In this document: positions 35,665 through 40,155 of the stretch, piece by piece | Position numbering within the stretch: position 1 is the stretch's first letter | Layout: each line of letters opens with the position of its first letter | Virus record (IMG/VR): IMGVR_UViG_3300025635_000051 | Coordinates: 1-40,155 of that record | Strand: one strand, 5' to 3' | From: a virus | Taxonomy: Duplodnaviria > Caudoviricetes | DNA length: 40,155 nucleotides | Notes under the pieces: model-generated | Databases searched by the model: none | Told to the model about the DNA's origin: nothing | Seen by the model: the letters and a program-made list of their open reading frames with translations, nothing else | Made by a program: the position numbers and the translations under genes

Positions 35665-35885
35665 GTGTTATCTCCTCCTGACAGACCTGCGTTGAGCACA
35701 GATTCCATCTCTTGTTTGGCTTCCAACAACGCTTGATACTCAACATAAGCCAGGTCGGCTCTGCTGTTATTGCCGTGTCGTTGAATCTTTTTTGCTAATT
35801 GGTCCGTGCCTATTGACAAAGACTTAACAACTACACGCAGTTGTGTAAGTGTAAGTTGTACTTCTAAGGTTGGTTCGAGTTTCAT
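35649..35885 (-). CDS. Hypothetical protein
   Basis: GGAG RBS; ATGA coupling. Confidence 0.65.
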   Translation of the reverse strand: MKLEPTLEVQLTLTQLRVVVKSLSIGTDQLAKKIQRHGNNSRADLAYVEYQALLEAKQEMESVLNAGLSGGDNTWLDD

Positions 35886-36193
35886 TTTATGTCTCCGTAT
35901 TTGTTTAGTTTTGATATGCCGGCAAAGGTGAATAATCTACCACCCCATACACCAACACAATCGTGGTCTCTGGCGAAGTTGAAGCATTCTGTTTTGACTT
36001 TACACGCATTACAGGTTGCGAACGCGCAATGCAAATTAGAGCCTGGATAAATTGGCATCTTGCCCCGAACATTTTCGGGGAAGAACCACTCACTAGGACA
36101 ATTTGTGCAGTTTGCGCTTGTGTAAATTGTTTCTAAGTCTTTAGTCATTTGCTCATTGAGCAATTTTTTTTCTTCATTTGTTTTTGTTCCCAT
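35882..36193 (-). CDS. whiB: WhiB-family Fe-S transcription regulator
   Basis: C...WFFP...CNACKVKTEC...GVWGG. Confidence 0.9.
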   Translation of the reverse strand: MGTKTNEEKKLLNEQMTKDLETIYTSANCTNCPSEWFFPENVRGKMPIYPGSNLHCAFATCNACKVKTECFNFARDHDCVGVWGGRLFTFAGISKLNKYGDIK

Positions 36194-36196
36194 GTT

Positions 36197-36409
36197 TTAC
36201 CATCCTCCCATTTCTATGAATGATTTACCACCGATATCCCAACCTGCGTCGCGAAGTAGTTGCGCCATTATCTCGCAACCAGCTTCACGAACATAGGAAC
36301 GGAACAGTTCTTCTATGTCTTCTAACGCAATTGCTTGCATCACACCTTTGAGGTGTGGCATACATTGCTCTGCGTCACTTAATTCAAACCCAACGCTTAT
36401 TGCTGTCAT
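36197..36409 (-). CDS. Hypothetical protein
   Basis: AAGGAG RBS. Confidence 0.65.
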   Translation of the reverse strand: MTAISVGFELSDAEQCMPHLKGVMQAIALEDIEELFRSYVREAGCEIMAQLLRDAGWDIGGKSFIEMGGW

Positions 36410-36419
36410 GGTATCTCCT

Positions 36420-36494
36420 TTAGTGTTTTGTGATTTGGTTAATCATGAATATTGTTGCGCCAATAAACACGATGACCCCGATTGTGAATGTCAT
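36420..36494 (-). CDS. 24-aa single-TM peptide MTFTIGVIVFIGATIFMINQITKH
   Basis: AAGGA RBS; ATGA overlap; fills the gap. Confidence 0.45.
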   Translation of the reverse strand: MTFTIGVIVFIGATIFMINQITKH

Positions 36495-36670
36495 GGCATT
36501 TCCTTATCTATGTGCTCAACAACATTACGAAATTTGGTTGCATAACGGTTGAATATGATTTCTATTTCTTCATCTGTAAACACAACACCTTGTTGTGCAA
36601 ATACGGAAATGAATTCATTAATTACATCAACTCGCTTGACCGAGTTTTCATATTTTTGCATTTTGTTCAT
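36491..36670 (-). CDS. 59-aa hypothetical protein MNKMQKYENS... (not in ORF track)
   Basis: AGGAG RBS; ATGA overlap. Confidence 0.6.
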   Translation of the reverse strand: MNKMQKYENSVKRVDVINEFISVFAQQGVVFTDEEIEIIFNRYATKFRNVVEHIDKEMP

Positions 36671-37152
36671 TGTGTGTCTCCTAGTCCAAACACCATTTCT
36701 TCCATTGCTTCCACTACTTGTTTTCTTGCATACAAATTGGCAACAGCATCAGCCAAACTGCCTTTGGCTTTGTTCTCATCAATAATGATTTCTTCTGGAT
36801 TATCTTTGAAACGCAACACAGATATTGCGCCATCTTCGGTTGCCGATACGAACAATCGCACACGGCGTCGTCCTTTTGCTTTTGATGGTGGCGTATCCTC
36901 GTCGCAATCTTCTATTTGGGCTGCCCAACCTGTGGTAAGAATAGCAAAAAATTCTTCCCCCTTGACTGCTTTGAGTGTTTCAGGGTCTTCCAACAAATCA
37001 TAAACATCTTTATTGAGTTTACGACAGGTCATTTCACCTGATTTGTTTAGAACCCATACTGACGCCATTGCTAAATCAAATGGATTTTTGTGGTCTTTGT
37101 GTATGTTGTGCACTTGGCTCTCTGCGAGAACAACTAATTTTGTATCTTTCAT
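36667..37152 (-). CDS. Hypothetical protein
   Basis: 161 aa; GWAA...PSK..GRRRVRL. Confidence 0.7.
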   Translation of the reverse strand: MKDTKLVVLAESQVHNIHKDHKNPFDLAMASVWVLNKSGEMTCRKLNKDVYDLLEDPETLKAVKGEEFFAILTTGWAAQIEDCDEDTPPSKAKGRRRVRLFVSATEDGAISVLRFKDNPEEIIIDENKAKGSLADAVANLYARKQVVEAMEEMVFGLGDTQ

Positions 37153-37170
37153 TTTTGTTTCCTTCCGCGA

Positions 37171-37551
37171 TTACAAATCGCTATTGTTGTTTGATTTGGA
37201 TTCAATTATTGCTGTCACTCGCTCAACTGTTTCATTGGTGACACCAACGGTGGCATCGCCAACAAGACGCATTAAACGACTGCTGAAGCGTTCATCATTA
37301 AGCAGATTGCTAATGACTCCATTTCTTGCGTAATCAATTACTCGTGAGTAATCGAGATTTGCTGACACATAATGGGCAATGTGGTCGTAGTCAACCGTTT
37401 CCAATATTTGACTTCTTACCTGTGAAACCAATTCTGATGCTATTTGGCTCGTCAATAGTTGTGTAACCAATTCACGAATTTCCACCATCATCTTGGAATA
37501 GGAATCGGGGTCTAATTCAAATGTGGTTGCGCCCCTGGTTGTCAATCTCAT
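37171..37551 (-). CDS. Hypothetical protein
   Basis: GGAGG RBS; short internal DY repeats. Confidence 0.65.
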   Translation of the reverse strand: MRLTTRGATTFELDPDSYSKMMVEIRELVTQLLTSQIASELVSQVRSQILETVDYDHIAHYVSANLDYSRVIDYARNGVISNLLNDERFSSRLMRLVGDATVGVTNETVERVTAIIESKSNNNSDL

Positions 37552-37679
37552 TTCTTACCACCTCCTGCCAGTTTGATTTCGTATGCAGTTAGTTCGGCTA
37601 GTGTTTTCTCCCAGCCGATATCCCTGCGTTTAACTTTGCGTCGCATCTTTTTGCGACGCTTGTGATTCAACTTGCTCAT
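37548..37679 (-). CDS. 43-aa basic peptide MSKLNHKRRKKMRRK...
   Basis: GGAGG RBS; ATGA overlaps on both sides. Confidence 0.55.
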   Translation of the reverse strand: MSKLNHKRRKKMRRKVKRRDIGWEKTLAELTAYEIKLAGGGKK

Positions 37680-38677
37680 TTAGTTACCTCCTCGAATGTT
37701 GGTGTGAATGATTGATGATATTCGTAGCCATCCCAACACTGGCATAAGCCAGTTTCGGTGCACACGAGACACGCTCTGCAATGACCACAATGCGTGTGGC
37801 TTGGTTCTAGTGGGTCAACTGGTGTGATTGCACCACAGTTGATGCACTCAACAGATGCGTAGTCCCAACCGTTGAGAGTTGTGAACTTGAGAACCTGCGC
37901 AGTCCATTCGGGATGTGCATACAGTTCGTCAAGAAGATAGGACTCAACTTCGGCTGTGTCCGAATAACGAGCGTTCTCGTCGTCGTCATAACCGTAGTCG
38001 TAATCATCCCACCCCCATGCACCTGTGTTGGATTTAGATGTGGATTGAGTCTTGGCAGTCCAACCACCAGAGTCATACATACTGCCATGCGCATAACTGG
38101 AATAACTTGTAAACGCAATTGGTTTGTATGAACTATTGGAATACCAAACTCCATCTTGACCCCAATGACCATCTTTCTCATTGACGATGTAGTAGTCATA
38201 CTTGGTGGCAGGATTGACGGTCATGATGACCAACTTGCTACCAGCAGACCACGCTTCTAGTTCTTTGAAGAACTCATCGTCGTCAAGACGCTCAACGCCA
38301 CCACAATGCGGAAGCACAATCTCTGCGAATAGGCGAGTATCGGAACGATTCTCGCCAACAGGCACAGCGACTGGCAACATACCGTTGTGACCAAGAACGG
38401 ACTGTGTGTCTTCACCGATATAGAACGGATGGCAGTTGTCAGTATTGACTGTGCCGTGCGTTGCTATGCGAAAGTGAAACATCGCAGCACCGTGTTGAAC
38501 TTTGCGAGCCTCTAAGAAACGAGTCCATAGATGCTCGAAGTTCATATCGTGGTCAGTCAGGATTGTGTCGCCTGCGTGAATAGCGAAACCGAAACCATCG
38601 GGATTGCTGATTGCTGCACGACGAGCATGCTCATAACTGATTGTTAAGCCCTTAGGCATGAATGTTAATAAACACAT
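37676..38677 (-). CDS. Class II (Ntn) glutamine amidotransferase with Cys-rich C-terminus
   Basis: N-terminal MC, NPDGFG, HFRIATHG, NCHPF, HNG, SDT. Confidence 0.9.
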   Translation of the reverse strand: MCLLTFMPKGLTISYEHARRAAISNPDGFGFAIHAGDTILTDHDMNFEHLWTRFLEARKVQHGAAMFHFRIATHGTVNTDNCHPFYIGEDTQSVLGHNGMLPVAVPVGENRSDTRLFAEIVLPHCGGVERLDDDEFFKELEAWSAGSKLVIMTVNPATKYDYYIVNEKDGHWGQDGVWYSNSSYKPIAFTSYSSYAHGSMYDSGGWTAKTQSTSKSNTGAWGWDDYDYGYDDDENARYSDTAEVESYLLDELYAHPEWTAQVLKFTTLNGWDYASVECINCGAITPVDPLEPSHTHCGHCRACLVCTETGLCQCWDGYEYHQSFTPTFEEVTK

Positions 38678-39799
38678 TTATTCTTCTCCATCTACCGAAG
38701 TTTCGGTTGGTGTGTGTGGGTCAACGAATACGCCACGGCTTACTGCACGAGCAATAAACTGTGAATACTTGTCCCGGTCTGTAATTGCGAACTCACCGAG
38801 CGACTGAAAGGATGCGAGCGCATTCTCTTTGACAACTTGGTTGTATGTAACTTGGTCTGTGTAGTCAAACAGACATTGCACGAACTCAATAGACGCTTGA
38901 ACTGTCTCTGGTCGCAATGACGGTCTGAAGAAACGCAACTCAAGTGTGTGCCGATTGTTGCGATTGAGTGCGAGATAGCGCTCATTCGCATACGGCGCAA
39001 TTGGATTACCTTTCTTGGTGCGACCTTTAGCAATTTCTGCGAGCGTGGGTGTTACATACACGCTATTGCCGTTGTCGTCATCGCCGTCATAAGCAGTTCC
39101 GAGGAATGATTCACGGTCAAACTTTGACCAATGTGAATCACGACCTGCGAAGTGCTTGATATTCGCAATGTGCAGTTCTTGCGCATTGCGTCGTATCTCA
39201 GACGCACGAGACACATCGCTACCGTAGATGAACCACATGAACTTGTGCATGTGTGCTTCATTCAAGAACGCATTACGCGAAATATGAATGTGCAAACCAC
39301 AAGTGCTGGTAGTCCAAGCACGGAAGCCCTTGCGACGCAAGCGTGTGAGACCGTCCCACAATGGTTCTGCGTGGTTCTTGACATAACCGAAACTCATCGG
39401 ATGCGTAACAATCTCGAAGCCGTTGTTGAGTGAACCGTCATGCTTGCAATAGACCAAGCCATTGCACATATCGGTAATTAACTCAGCGCCTTCGGATGGA
39501 TACGCACTGGACATCGCTTCTGTTTCTATCTCAATGCCAAAGTAAATCTTTGGCATAGAACCGATAAGAACTTGTTGTGAAGACTTACGACCATTGTCGT
39601 TAAAGAACAACGGGTTTGGGCGATAGTCGTGGTCTGAAATATATTCAGAGTCCGACTCTCGCTGTTCTTCCTCTAAGCGATATTCATAACAACCATCGCA
39701 GAGAGAATCACCCGAGTGACTGTTCTCGTATCCCTCCTCAATCTCAGTGCCACAGGCGTCGCACTCTAGATAGGATTCTTCTTCTGATTCGGTGGGCAT
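38678..39799 (-). CDS. Putative amidoligase (COOH-NH2 ligase type 2)
   Basis: FGIEIE, DGSL..GFEIVTHP, CGLHIH, RY.ALN, TLELR; N-terminal CxxC...CxxC. Confidence 0.85.
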   Translation of the reverse strand: MPTESEEESYLECDACGTEIEEGYENSHSGDSLCDGCYEYRLEEEQRESDSEYISDHDYRPNPLFFNDNGRKSSQQVLIGSMPKIYFGIEIETEAMSSAYPSEGAELITDMCNGLVYCKHDGSLNNGFEIVTHPMSFGYVKNHAEPLWDGLTRLRRKGFRAWTTSTCGLHIHISRNAFLNEAHMHKFMWFIYGSDVSRASEIRRNAQELHIANIKHFAGRDSHWSKFDRESFLGTAYDGDDDNGNSVYVTPTLAEIAKGRTKKGNPIAPYANERYLALNRNNRHTLELRFFRPSLRPETVQASIEFVQCLFDYTDQVTYNQVVKENALASFQSLGEFAITDRDKYSQFIARAVSRGVFVDPHTPTETSVDGEE

Positions 39800-39829
39800 A
39801 AAGCCAACCCCTTTCTGTTTGTGTTTGTG

Positions 39830-39869
39830 AACTGAGAGATGTCTCTCAGTTTCTACTCTTATGAGTATA
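39830..39869 (-). promoter_or_regulatory. Possible -10 (TATACT) followed by a perfect 22-bp palindrome, upstream of the amidoligase
   Basis: AACTGAGAGA-TG-TCTCTCAGTT at 39830-39851; TATACT at 39869-39864. Confidence 0.45.
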
Positions 39870-39909
39870 TCGCATCACACGAGTGTTTCCACCCGTGGAA
39901 TGCAGATAC

Positions 39910-40155
39910 TCACGAGATTCTGTTTCTGTTATTCCATTCGTCTGCTGTTTCGTATTTGTTTTCCGACAATGACGCAAATATGTTTTTGTTGTTCACAGTT
40001 ATGTGTTGGCTAACTTCCACCACATTGTTTGTTACATCACCCAAACATTTAATCATTTCGGCAAGTCGTTCTTCGAGAAGAACCATTTCCCATTTGTCAA
40101 AGTGTTCGCCACTAAAACAATGTTTCAGGACTTCGTTTATGTGTTTGTGCAAACC
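39910..40155 (-). CDS. 3' part of the junction-spanning gene starting at 220
   Basis: Frame continuous through the terminal repeat. Confidence 0.8.
   Translation of the reverse strand, partial: GLHKHINEVLKHCFSGEHFDKWEMVLLEERLAEMIKCLGDVTNNVVEVSQHITVNNKNIFASLSENKYETADEWNNRNRIS
40014..40155. repeat. Terminal direct repeat, right copy
   Basis: Matches 1-142 with one mismatch. Confidence 0.95.

Noticed and set aside
1-40155. tRNA, integrase, DNA polymerase or stop-codon reassignment
   Set aside because: None recognised; genes tile densely under the standard code and use TAA, TAG and TGA stops

Overview
This window is an apparently complete, circularly permuted ~40.0 kb tailed-phage genome. Positions 1-142 repeat at 40014-40155 with one mismatch, and one ORF reads through the junction. 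A WhiB gene points to an actinobacterial host. The + strand arm (3217-29331) is morphogenetic and podovirus-like: TerS, glycine-rich fibre module, holin, TerL, portal, scaffold, major capsid, adaptor, nozzle, internal/ejection proteins including a 3060-aa giant, and an M15-type peptidase. The - strand arm (3063 to 1, wrapping to 40155 and on to 29279) carries small early genes, an amidoligase/class II glutamine amidotransferase pair, WhiB, a lytic transglycosylase, a Cas4/RecB-like nuclease, helicase, AEP primase, RusA and a sigma-region-4/NTP-pyrophosphatase-like fusion. No DNA polymerase, integrase or tRNA was recognised. The most striking signal is non-coding. The early - strand operon is punctuated at successive gene junctions by two type II hammerhead ribozymes alternating with long G-U-stabilised RNA hairpins, two of which are capped by an 18-bp palindrome found three times. 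A second motif (GTAAC-N12/14-TATTG/TATAG) recurs before late genes. All calls come from reading motifs by eye; no searches or folding programs were run.
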